This document shows positions 53,150 through 62,035 of a stretch of DNA of 64,000 nucleotides, piece after piece. Made by a program: the position numbers and the translations under genes. Every line of letters starts with the position of its first letter. The first letter of the stretch is position 1. A model generated the notes under the pieces. That model worked only from the letters and a program-made list of their open reading frames with translations. It made no database searches and was not told where the DNA came from. Source of the stretch: a virus (taxonomy: Duplodnaviria; Heunggongvirae; Uroviricota; Caudoviricetes); the IMG/VR virus record IMGVR_UViG_3300032053_000007, one strand, 5' to 3'.

Positions 53150-53265
53150 GTGCGGAACACTCTCAGATAGTCGGCGAGTTAATGAGCCATGAAAAACCGC
53201 TAGGGTATGGGAGTTAGGCGTGGGTAATGGCACTCACGGTGTATCAGCCACACGAACTCACTAAT
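53150..53265 (+). ncRNA. candidate short ncRNA B
   Basis: Promoter followed by a GC-rich ORF-free segment ending at the next promoter module. Confidence 0.25.
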
Positions 53266-53300
53266 TGAATATGGTCTTTCTTAGCGAAAGTTTATATAGT
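53266..53300 (+). promoter_or_regulatory. conserved promoter module (third unit)
   Basis: TTGAATATGGTCTTTCTTAGCGAAAG-TTTATATA. Confidence 0.5.
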
Positions 53301-53324
53301 TGGGTGTGTATTATACTCTTCCGC

Positions 53325-53440
53325 ACGTTGAAAAATCCTTATGCGGTGCGATACGACATAGGGCAAATTTCAACCTCTACATTAAATAAAACTAGGGTCA
53401 CGGCGAAACGCACTAGCCAAGACCCCCCTAAAATTTTGAG
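53325..53440 (+). ncRNA. candidate short ncRNA C
   Basis: As for unit B; contains GGTCACGGCGAAACGCACTAGCC. Confidence 0.25.
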
Positions 53441-53475
53441 CACGTTCTTTCTTAGCAAACCTTTATATAGGACGG
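53436..53475 (+). promoter_or_regulatory. conserved promoter module
   Basis: TTTTGAGCACGTTCTTTCTTAGCAAACC-TTTATATA-GGACG. Confidence 0.5.
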
Positions 53476-53503
53476 CGAACACTACATCTCAAAGGTTGAA
53501 ACT

Positions 53504-53893
53504 ATGAAATTGCAAGAACTTAGGGAAAAGTTGACATCGAAGGACGTTAAACCCTCAGAGTCATGGCTAGAAAATCAATATCCAGCACAACCATCTGAAC
53601 GATACTCTAAGCTAACATATTTGAACCTAGCGAACATTGAGGACAATTTCGGCAAAGAGGCAAAAGAACAACTAGAAAAATATCTTCTAAAGAACCCAGA
53701 AAAACGTGTCGTTGTTCTCGCGGAACTCACAGAGAAGGGCAATGTCAAAAAGCGACCCAGAATCTTCGTAGATTCAGGTGTTGGTTATGACAACTTTGCG
53801 TCATACTACGGAATCTATGAGCTATTCGCGTGTTCCGTTCACATGCACGGATTCATTGAAGTTTTCCAGAATATCAAAGACGGACAACAATAG
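53504..53893 (+). CDS. hypothetical protein (129 aa)
   Basis: Track ORF. Confidence 0.5.
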   Translation: MKLQELREKLTSKDVKPSESWLENQYPAQPSERYSKLTYLNLANIEDNFGKEAKEQLEKYLLKNPEKRVVVLAELTEKGNVKKRPRIFVDSGVGYDNFASYYGIYELFACSVHMHGFIEVFQNIKDGQQ

Positions 53894-53904
53894 GTGACTG
53901 AGCA

Positions 53905-54252
53905 ATGAAGAACTTCCTAACATCAAAAGACAAATTCCCACCCGTCCATTGCAATGTTTTCCAAGACTATGACAGATTAGACGCGCTGGCAAAGAAACGG
54001 GGCTACCACGCTATTGAACTAGGAAATGACGACAAAATTACGACCCGTTCAGGCACAGGGCTTCAAAATGAACACCTTCATTCTGGATGGATAACAACTA
54101 TGGGTGAATCTGGAACAGACCCGAAAGCAATGACCGAATTGCTGAAAGACAAGATAAAAGAGTGCGAAACGCGCGGAGAAACCGTTATTATTGGCTTCTG
54201 CCAAACGGGATGGTTCTCAGTCGGATATACGCTTTACTTGAAGGACGCTTAA
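53905..54252 (+). CDS. hypothetical protein (115 aa)
   Basis: Track ORF. Confidence 0.5.
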   Translation: MKNFLTSKDKFPPVHCNVFQDYDRLDALAKKRGYHAIELGNDDKITTRSGTGLQNEHLHSGWITTMGESGTDPKAMTELLKDKIKECETRGETVIIGFCQTGWFSVGYTLYLKDA

Positions 54253-54255
54253 GCC

Positions 54256-54435
54256 ATGATGGACAAAGAGTTTAAGGTCAAAATAACCCCTAAACAAGCT
54301 CGATACGTCATAAAGCTCTTGAAAGATGCCGTAAAGACGAAAAGACGCAAAAAACAGCAAAACATCGACAGCATTGAAATACTCGTCACGGACATCGACA
54401 TTCAGGTATCAACCGAGAACACACGATTTCTCTAA
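54256..54435 (+). CDS. small basic protein (59 aa)
   Basis: Hand-translated. Confidence 0.3.
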   Translation: MMDKEFKVKITPKQARYVIKLLKDAVKTKRRKKQQNIDSIEILVTDIDIQVSTENTRFL

Positions 54436-54449
54436 CCTTCTCTTTTTTT

Positions 54450-54485
54450 GTGCATGGACGTTCTACCACAATCTTTATATAGCTG
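54450..54485 (+). promoter_or_regulatory. conserved promoter module
   Basis: TGCATGGACGTTCTACCACAATC-TTTATATA. Confidence 0.5.
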
Positions 54486-54608
54486 TTTGATTATTGTATT
54501 ACTCGTATGAGCACGGGAACAAGGTTTCCAAACTACGTCCTTAGCTGACGAGTGATGGACGCTTATTGGAGAATCGTCCGTGTTCCGCGCTAATCTAAGT
54601 GGTCTAAA

Positions 54609-54746
54609 ATGATAACACTAAAAACCGTGATTAAGAAAGTAAAAGAGAACGCTGGCATAATCATGGCATTTGCCCCGATAGCCTTTTTCGTAGTTGTAAT
54701 AGCTCTAATACTTTCTGGAATACTCAAAGTTCACATTGAATTTTGA
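54609..54746 (+). CDS. small membrane protein (45 aa)
   Basis: Hydrophobic core; stop inside the TGAGCATGG module. Confidence 0.35.
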   Translation: MITLKTVIKKVKENAGIIMAFAPIAFFVVVIALILSGILKVHIEF

Positions 54747-54780
54747 GCATGGACGTTCTTAGGAAACCTTTATATAGCTC
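54744..54780 (+). promoter_or_regulatory. conserved promoter module
   Basis: TGAGCATGGACGTTCTTAGGAAACC-TTTATATA. Confidence 0.5.
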
Positions 54781-54800
54781 GGTGTTGTTGTTATTATCAA

Positions 54801-55028
54801 GTGAACAAGATGGTCAAGCAAAAAATAGGATTCTTTAAGTGGCTCTACACAAGAACCATCGAAGTCATACGTGACCCTCTAACCCAAAGTATAGGGGCAA
54901 TTCTGGGTGGAATTTTCATTTTCGCTTTTTCTGCTACTTTTGGTGCGCTATTCTCGCCTCTTCTATTTTTGGGTGTCCCTGTTGGAATATTGGTACTACT
55001 CTACGGAGTCTATAAAGTCGAACACTAG
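54801..55028 (+). CDS. small membrane protein (75 aa)
   Basis: Two TM helices. Confidence 0.5.
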   Translation: MNKMVKQKIGFFKWLYTRTIEVIRDPLTQSIGAILGGIFIFAFSATFGALFSPLLFLGVPVGILVLLYGVYKVEH

Positions 55029-55031
55029 ATT

Positions 55032-55068
55032 CGAGCATGGTCTTTCTACCACAACCTTTATATACCCG
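55032..55068 (+). promoter_or_regulatory. conserved promoter module opening an ORF-free island
   Basis: CGAGCATGGTCTTTCTACCACAACC-TTTATATA. Confidence 0.45.
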
Positions 55069-55336
55069 TTTGACATACTACTCTATCAAGGGCGAAGGGA
55101 TATTGTTCCATTTTTTCACCGTCCTTTCTCGCGCTTTCCCTTCGCCCGTTCTACTCATTCCTTCTAACCTCTCTAACCCTCTACAAACTTAGACGATTTC
55201 ACTAACACTTTTTGTTAAAGACCTCAGAACCCCCGACCCAGAGAGCCTTTACACTTTTTGATTTCACCACGTCAACCGAAACTGACCCAAGTTCTGCCCA
55301 AGCCGTCTTGAGCCTCTCTCACGAAACCCAGATTTT

Positions 55337-55352
55337 TAATCAACTGATTAAC
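55337..55352. promoter_or_regulatory. palindromic site TTAATCAACTGATTAA
   Basis: Perfect inverted repeat. Confidence 0.5.
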
Positions 55353-55672
55353 GAATCGTAGCTCGTAACGAGGCTGTGCACCCTTTACCCCGACCTCTAA
55401 CCATATAACACAAATTGTTAAGCAAATTCCCGAACCCCAGAGAACCCACGTCCGACCCCTAACCCAGACCCTCTAACGACCTCTAATCACTAACCCCCCC
55501 AAGAGAGCCATATACCCCCAAAAGTGGAGTCCATGCTTAAAAGAAATGCTCGATAAAAGATACTGATGACCTTTACATACGTAAAGGAAAGGGTTGTCAT
55601 ACGTAAAGGGTCTATGGAGTGGAATGTTGGCATACGACAACGGCGTGATTGACATAGTGCTGTAGCTCTATT

Positions 55673-55688
55673 TTAAACAGGTGATTAA
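55673..55688. promoter_or_regulatory. palindromic site TTAAACAGGTGATTAA
   Basis: One mismatch. Confidence 0.4.
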
Positions 55689-55813
55689 CGACCCCATTAT
55701 AAAGAAGTCCCCCCCCTCTAGCTCCCCTGAATGCCAAAACAAGCCTAGAAAAAAGACGTTTTGGCAAACGGTGACTTTATTATCCGAAAGGCTCGCGGAA
55801 CTGTGGAGAATTT

Positions 55814-55829
55814 TTAATCAGGTGATTAA
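55814..55829. promoter_or_regulatory. palindromic site TTAATCAGGTGATTAA
   Basis: Perfect inverted repeat. Confidence 0.5.
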
Positions 55830-56347
55830 GCAGGGCGAACCGACAGGTAGAAGGGACGGCGTGAACTCTCTGACCAGAAAATAATTGGAACCAAAAAAAC
55901 GCCTATGTGCGCTTATGTGATATTCTCAGTTGCATTCTATGGACAATTTCCTGTTAACCGAGGCGTTACCCCAAAAGTTGCACTTTTTGTTACACTAGAA
56001 GTTGTGCTAGACCAAAACGTTTATATACCCCCTATTTAAGCGTATCGCCGATAGCCTTATATAGTAGCTATTTAAACCTATCGGTTGCTTATATATGTGC
56101 AAACTTAGCAAAATTCGAACCATAAAGTACAACTCTCTATTATCACGTCCTTCGAACCATATACCGCAACTCTTATATAGATGCCATACTTACTTATAAA
56201 CGTTTGCCCAGAACGACCATGCTCGATTTAGAGGCTGATTCAGGGCGGAAACAACTAACGGAGCACACTTACAGATTCGAACTCGCGCCGATGACTAGCT
56301 CTGAGACTGATTAACTAAAACGAACGTCATCGAACGGTGAATTCATT

Positions 56348-56526
56348 AGGACTGATGACAATTTTGACGTTCTAACATTACCCCGAACTCCACGATTTAG
56401 CCTTATTCGACTAAACGGGGCGTACTCGCTCAATATCGTTGAGCAAATATAAAGGGAATTGAGCGTATTGCTCCGAACGACCCGCTCACAGGTTGATTTT
56501 AGAAAACGGGCATTATCCACAGTCCT
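56348..56526 (+). ncRNA. candidate structured RNA/repeat element, copy 2 (179 nt)
   Basis: AGGACTGATGA...CTCGCTCAATATCGTT...CGGGCATTATCCACAGTCCT; same length and termini as 42342-42520. Confidence 0.3.
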
Positions 56527-56783
56527 ACCCGCCATTGCTGGCGCGAACGGGCTTCGAACTTGGTTGTACTTTGAGTTACATTGAATATACATCATGCGTT
56601 ACTATGTAATATACGCTTAACGCGAACAACTCCAACTCTCTCAAACATACGTTCTCAGCGCACTATATATACGTTTGCTTTTTCCTGTACGACACATCTA
56701 CAAGTCAATGGTCGAACTGTTGGTTTAAGCTACACTTTAATGGAAACGTTTATAAGAGAGGGTGCGAACGTTATTCTAAGGAC

Positions 56784-57287
56784 GTGAAACACTTGAACGA
56801 TAAGGACGAATTGACACGACTTGAAAACTTAGCGCAAAAACTAGGTTTTACCGTGATATATAATTTAACCCTTAGCTGGAATCATTCGAAGGTTTCCTTT
56901 TATCCATGTCGAAGAATCCTTATCGGAACTAAGAACTATTCACCAAATTCAAATATCGGTTATGGAACCATACCTGATAAGGTTAAAGCGTTAATTCTGA
57001 ATCACGAGCTAGGGCATATTGTCGTATATGAAACGCTTTACCCTAACATGGATTTAGCTGATTTTTGTCTCTCAAATGATTCAAAATTCTTGGTACAACA
57101 AGAGATGTACGCATGGAAAACCGCAATAAATGAATCGCTCGATGATAATTCTGACCCTCTAGTGTTGGAATTGATACAAGAATCGATAAACCAATACATT
57201 TATTGTGAGTATATCGGAACATGCACAATAGAATCTCAGCAAGAACTACAGCAAAAAATAATTACTAAGTTTACACGTACAAAATAG
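56784..57287 (+). CDS. HExxH motif protein (167 aa)
   Basis: GTG start; LILNHELGHIVVYE. Confidence 0.5.
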   Translation: MKHLNDKDELTRLENLAQKLGFTVIYNLTLSWNHSKVSFYPCRRILIGTKNYSPNSNIGYGTIPDKVKALILNHELGHIVVYETLYPNMDLADFCLSNDSKFLVQQEMYAWKTAINESLDDNSDPLVLELIQESINQYIYCEYIGTCTIESQQELQQKIITKFTRTK

Positions 57288-57340
57288 TACACAAAGGTTT
57301 ATTAAGGACGGTGCTATTATACTCTTAAGGACGTGGAAAG

Positions 57341-57634
57341 ATGGTCGAAATAAAAATCTATGTCGTAACAACGGAAAACCCAGATAAGACAAAACTAGAT
57401 TCTGTGAAAGTTCAACTATGCGGTGCATTCGGCGGTTTAACCGTCATTAATAACTGTGAGGGTCTATGGCTAGATAACGGAAAATTATACGCGGACAACG
57501 TACAGATTTGGCTCATAGAAAGTTCAACTGTGGTTTCTCCTGAACAAATAATGAAATATGGTGAAGACTTAAAGGCAATATGCAAACAAAAATCTCAAAT
57601 GATAAGCATAAACGGACACCCATATTTTGTTTGA
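57341..57634 (+). CDS. hypothetical protein (97 aa)
   Basis: Variant promoter with TATA at 57293-57300 and leader TATACTCTTAAGGACGTGG. Confidence 0.5.
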   Translation: MVEIKIYVVTTENPDKTKLDSVKVQLCGAFGGLTVINNCEGLWLDNGKLYADNVQIWLIESSTVVSPEQIMKYGEDLKAICKQKSQMISINGHPYFV

Positions 57635-57702
57635 AACAATTTCCCTCTTTTTTTGATATAAACCTTTATATAGAACGCTGACATTATACTATTGAAGGAC
57701 GT

Positions 57703-58302
57703 GTGAACGTGGAACACTTACAACTTAGCGCAATATGCGAACACTTAACACAACTAGAGGACACGGACGCGGAAGGACTCTTCGATTTAAGCCTAGAATC
57801 ACAAGTGCAGTTCTTAGAATTCTTTAAACACTATAAGGACTGTGAAAAAGGCAAGGCTAAAGGAAAGGGCTTTGGAAATTGCTGGAAATTGAATTCTAAG
57901 CGTAATCCTAACGTATTTACCCATTTAGAGGCACAATTTAAGAGATTAGTGGACGACTTTAACCTAGAGTTGAACCATGAGGTACGCATAAAAGTTAAGG
58001 ATAGGTGCAACCGCTGGCACATTTTCAAATTAGACTTCTTTGACCCTAAGACCCAAATTGACATAGAAATAAGCCCAAATTGGCACAAGAATTACCTTTT
58101 AGTCGTAAGACGTGACGCATTGCGTAGAAGGCTCTTAAAACGGGTCGGGATTCGAAGTCTAACGGTTCCTGTAGTATATAAGGGCAAACACGGACACATA
58201 GATTATATAAGAGCGAAACGAATAATAAAGATAATCAAAAGTGCAACCGTCAGCCCTAACTCACTAGACTACTATACAACTAATAAAGAGGTGAATGAAT
58301 AA
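57703..58302 (+). CDS. hypothetical protein (199 aa)
   Basis: GTG start; TATA at 57665-57672. Confidence 0.5.
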   Translation: MNVEHLQLSAICEHLTQLEDTDAEGLFDLSLESQVQFLEFFKHYKDCEKGKAKGKGFGNCWKLNSKRNPNVFTHLEAQFKRLVDDFNLELNHEVRIKVKDRCNRWHIFKLDFFDPKTQIDIEISPNWHKNYLLVVRRDALRRRLLKRVGIRSLTVPVVYKGKHGHIDYIRAKRIIKIIKSATVSPNSLDYYTTNKEVNE

Positions 58303-58535
58303 TGGAATATTTCGGAAATTGTCCCAAATGCAGACACCACACGATAGTTAAATCCGTGAAGGCTATAAAAAGTGCAACTGCGAGACTACCACAGCGTACA
58401 AGCGAATGTATCAACTGCGGAACAACTGCAAGAATAACCATAATCGGCGAAATAGTTAAACTTGCAGGGATAACTAACGTGGTCAACCCAGAGTTTGCAA
58501 CGGTAAACAGACTTGTGGTGCGCCTGTGGAGTTAA
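58302..58535 (+). CDS. Zn-ribbon protein (77 aa)
   Basis: TAATG overlap; CPKCRHH...CINCG. Confidence 0.5.
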   Translation: MEYFGNCPKCRHHTIVKSVKAIKSATARLPQRTSECINCGTTARITIIGEIVKLAGITNVVNPEFATVNRLVVRLWS

Positions 58536-58830
58536 ACCACCGTGACATGCACGGTGCAACTTTCCCTTCTTTTTTTAGTACAACTTTCTATTAACTGAAA
58601 ACTTAGCGAATTTTTAATTTTCTTCCCTGTTCGAATATTGTCTTCGATTCACCACAATGACGTGCTATTGAACCATACTCTCCATTGTGATGAATTTGTG
58701 TCCCACTTCGAGGTATGGTCTTTTCCCATGCTTTTCTTCGAATGTTGACTTCGATTCATCACGAATTTTGGAAACATTGTTGGCATGGATGGAACGGTAC
58801 GGCGGAGCCGTGCGGCGAACTTAGCATTTT

Positions 58831-58846
58831 TTAATCAACTGATTAA
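58831..58846. promoter_or_regulatory. palindromic site TTAATCAACTGATTAA
   Basis: Upstream of the promoter for 58910. Confidence 0.5.
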
Positions 58847-58909
58847 CTCAGGACTGAGTAGGAATGTTTATAAGACTCGATGCTATTATACTCTTAAGGA
58901 CGTGGAATA

Positions 58910-59170
58910 ATGGCAAGAATCTTTAAAGTGAATGAAACCACAGAAATACTCTGTGAATTTGTGAGCACAAGAAGCGGTTTTAGACATGATGCAAGGCTGT
59001 TCAAAAATGGCAATGAATACGAAAAGGCTAAAGTATGCTACGTAAACAGAACATGGGAGAAATTTGACTTCGAAACCGTCATACATAAACTGCTAGAAAA
59101 GACGGACGCTTTGACCGAAACAGAAAAAGAGCAATTCAGAACCGAATTAAACAACAAATACGGCTATTAA
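58910..59170 (+). CDS. hypothetical protein (86 aa)
   Basis: Variant promoter GTTTATAAGACTCGATGCTATTATACTCTTAAGGACGTGG. Confidence 0.5.
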   Translation: MARIFKVNETTEILCEFVSTRSGFRHDARLFKNGNEYEKAKVCYVNRTWEKFDFETVIHKLLEKTDALTETEKEQFRTELNNKYGY

Positions 59171-60020
59171 CCCCCCTACCCCCTTTTTGTTTTTTTGGTG
59201 ATAATCATGGAACAAAAAAGACGAATTCGGACACAACCGAAATTAAAAGGAAATCTCGGCAAACTGTTTAATAAGCGATTTTTTGAACTGCTCGAACAGA
59301 ACCGATAAAACTCCCTCTTTTTTTGACTTGCAAACTTAGCGGAAAAACAAATTTTAACTTAATATATACCTATGTGCGTTACACCCCAGACAGTTACCCC
59401 CAGAAGTTCAACTTTCGGTTGACCACAACCTTTATATAGGTCGCCATACCGAAACGTTTATATACTACCCTATACCGAAACCCTTATATACTACCTATTT
59501 GACTTCATAGTTCCTGTTCTAACCATACAACACCGTCACTTATAAACCTTCCTATTTAACTGTTCAACAATAATACAGTTAGTACATTGTGTTCGATTCA
59601 TCACAACGATGAGAGCGAAAATTTCGTTCGAGAAAATATACATGAAAACACCATAGTACGAGTAACCACTTCGAAAACACACATATGGGGCAATAAAAAG
59701 ACCATTGTGGTGAATCGTAGCCAATTTCGAAGCATGGGAAAAGCATGGTAAATTCTCGAATCGTGACTTCGATTCACCACGCATAGGAACAAAAGTTCAC
59801 CGTGAGTTCAACTGTGGGTGACATTCAATTCAAGTGATGCGTGTCCATGTAATATACGCTTAACGCGAGGCTCTGGTTATGAACGTGGGCACGGGACTAT
59901 TTAAACGTTTGCTTTTAACTGTTTAACGTGACTACACATGACCATATAAACTGTATATTTGACCTACACTTTAAAGCCAACCTTTAAATACTACGTTCGA
60001 CACGTTACCTAATGGTGAAC
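59171..60020. repeat. ORF-free repeat island
   Basis: CCCCCTACCCCC, ACCTATGTGCGTTACAC, AGTTCAACTTTCGGTTGACC, tandem TATA-like boxes 59425-59500, CCATGTAATATACGCTTAACGCGA. Confidence 0.45.
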
Positions 60021-60024
60021 AAGG

Positions 60025-60498
60025 ATGCCAATAAAAACCGTGGAATTTGTCTTATATCTCTCGGACGTTGTAAACTTAGGCTTTTCAGAATTGACGATTC
60101 AAAAAATTAAGCAGAGATTGATAGACCACTTTTCATTTGGTACGAATTTACCAGAGAATTACGTTGTAATTTATCCTCATATTGTAGCGTTTGAGATGCA
60201 CAACGAGGATAAAATTGTTCGCAAATTTAACTATACAGTTCTGCATGAATTGATACACGGATTACTTGAAGAGAGTGAACTTAATACAGAAGAGATGTGC
60301 CACGCTTGGAGTATGATACTAACCGATGACCGTGAATCAAATGTAAGCGGTCAAGGACACCACTATTATCAAATGTTAAAAGGACGAACAGAAATCGTTG
60401 TAAACGAAGAACCCAAATTCGAGGCGGAAAAGCTAAACGCGGCGCGGAATTTGTCCAGAATGCGATTAGTGAAACACCATGAGCTAACAGGACTTTAA
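60025..60498 (+). CDS. HExxH motif protein (157 aa)
   Basis: VLHELIHGLLEE. Confidence 0.5.
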   Translation: MPIKTVEFVLYLSDVVNLGFSELTIQKIKQRLIDHFSFGTNLPENYVVIYPHIVAFEMHNEDKIVRKFNYTVLHELIHGLLEESELNTEEMCHAWSMILTDDRESNVSGQGHHYYQMLKGRTEIVVNEEPKFEAEKLNAARNLSRMRLVKHHELTGL

Positions 60499-60581
60499 AC
60501 CGCGAAGTATATAAACCTTCTGGTTTTACCCAAACCTTTATTAATGACCGTGCTATATTATATCTCAAGGATGTTGAAAAA

Positions 60582-60884
60582 ATGGCAAACGTATTTAGTG
60601 TTAAACACTACGTAAAAATTGCCGAGCTAATAGGCAAGGCAAAAGACTTAGACGAATTTTACAGATTTTTCGTAAAGTTCGCACAAGCCGAAAACCCAAA
60701 ATTCTCTATTGAGAAGTTCTATAAAGCGGTTCAGAAAAGCCACCAATTCGGCGGAATCGGGTGCGGTGCGCCCGAATTAGCCGAGAAACCCCAAAAAGAG
60801 TGGGAATTTCCTCAAGAGGCTATAGAATCGGACGGTCAACCTGACGAAGCCCAAGAATGGCACGATTTCGACCCTGACGCTTAA
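60582..60884 (+). CDS. hypothetical acidic protein (100 aa)
   Basis: Track ORF. Confidence 0.5.
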   Translation: MANVFSVKHYVKIAELIGKAKDLDEFYRFFVKFAQAENPKFSIEKFYKAVQKSHQFGGIGCGAPELAEKPQKEWEFPQEAIESDGQPDEAQEWHDFDPDA

Positions 60885-61004
60885 AGCGTCCCTCTTTTTT
60901 TATCCATAACATGTAACATAACATGTTTTCCATGCTTTGACCATGCCTGACATGACATAAAGGTTTATATAAGTCGGTTGATATAGTAGTACATGGCGAG
61001 AAAA

Positions 61005-61166
61005 ATGAACACACACAACAACACACAAGTAAAAACTCATGTCGGGACTTTTCAAGTGAAATACCACCGTGACGGCGGAAAAGTCGGCAGTACGAGCGTG
61101 ATTATCCGAAAGAAGCTCGTTTATGAACCCTATGACATTTTAGCCTATAAATTCGGAGCAAAATAA
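61005..61166 (+). CDS. 53-aa small protein
   Basis: Hand-translated; TATA at 60963-60971. Confidence 0.3.
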   Translation: MNTHNNTQVKTHVGTFQVKYHRDGGKVGSTSVIIRKKLVYEPYDILAYKFGAK

Positions 61167-61168
61167 AA

Positions 61169-61288
61169 ATGCCAAAAACTTGTTTAGGAAATTTGACTCG
61201 TGACTGTTCTGGGACATGTCCAGATTATCAGGAATGCCTTAAAAAATACATGGACATGGAAATAAGAACGTCAGAACATAACAGAGAT
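61169..61288 (+). CDS. 39-aa Cys small protein
   Basis: Hand-translated. Confidence 0.25.
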
Positions 61289-61522
61289 TAATGCAACCGA
61301 GGCGGTTCACGGGAAGTTTAACTTTAAGTTGGTTTCTAATCATGGTATCCGTGTCCATGTAATATCCCGTTTTTTCTCGCGCTGAGGTTGTCGCCCTCAA
61401 TAGTAACGTGTGCATCGAGGTATATAAACGTTTGCTTTCAAGTGTAGAACAGGACTACAGTTTAGCTACACAACAACGTTTATAAGTCACGGTGATATAA
61501 TATAGTTAAGGACGTGTGTGAC

Positions 61523-62035
61523 ATGGACGCATTAAAAAAAGCTCTTGCGGTTAAGCGTAAAATGATTCACCCAGAACGACAAAATTTTTGTCTAAACAAA
61601 CTTAGTGAATTCTCGAAACGCTTAATATTAGGAATTCAAGACACACCTTATATTTTGCTTCCTGACCAAAAACAAACCTATTCTATCGATTTGAACCTTA
61701 AGCAATGCCGAAAAGCTAAACGGGACGGTTTACAGAACGTAATTCGTGCATCATGGTCAAATCTGCCTTTTAGAAATAAAAGCGAATTTGATATTATTTA
61801 TGCTGATAATTTCGGCGATAGAAAAGACATTAACGAAATAGCGCACGAAGTAAATCGACTGAAAACCAAAAAGCTCATCGTTTTAGGTGCGGCTAGAGCA
61901 TTCAGGAAGCCAGCGAAGCGTAAATGGAAATATCTGCTCAAAACGAGGTTCCCTAAGCTAAAGCTCCAAGAATTACGGAAGGACGGCGGTTATTGTTCCA
62001 CGGTGCAATGGACAGCAATACTGTATAAGCGTTGA
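61523..62035 (+). CDS. hypothetical basic protein (about 170 aa)
   Basis: Track ORF 61514-62035. Confidence 0.5.
   Translation: MDALKKALAVKRKMIHPERQNFCLNKLSEFSKRLILGIQDTPYILLPDQKQTYSIDLNLKQCRKAKRDGLQNVIRASWSNLPFRNKSEFDIIYADNFGDRKDINEIAHEVNRLKTKKLIVLGAARAFRKPAKRKWKYLLKTRFPKLKLQELRKDGGYCSTVQWTAILYKR

Larger units (their letters stand above)
55069..56780. repeat. large ORF-free repeat island
   Basis: CTCTAACC repeats, CCCCCTCTAGCTCCCCTG, AAAAAACGCCTATGTGCGCTTATGTGA, AGTTGCACTTTTTGTTACAC, tandem TATA-like boxes 56015-56215, three palindromic sites, 179-nt element copy 2. Confidence 0.5.
58600..59800. repeat. iteron-like GATTCAYCACAAYG motif ×6 (both orientations) around two small genes
   Basis: Copies near 58640, 58690(rc), 58755, 59590, 59703(rc), 59770. 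Confidence 0.45.

Noticed and set aside
52854-53233. Track ORFs 52854-53072 and 53015-53233 (minus strand) and 53265-53507 (plus strand)
   Set aside because: They lie antisense to or across three consecutive conserved promoter modules and a terminator hairpin. They have low-complexity translations and no start context.
56581-56787. Track ORF 56581-56787 (68 aa) upstream of the HExxH gene
   Set aside because: It spans the conserved non-coding motifs CCATGTAATATACGCTTAACGCGA and TATATACGTTTGCTTT that recur before other genes, so it is non-coding regulatory sequence.
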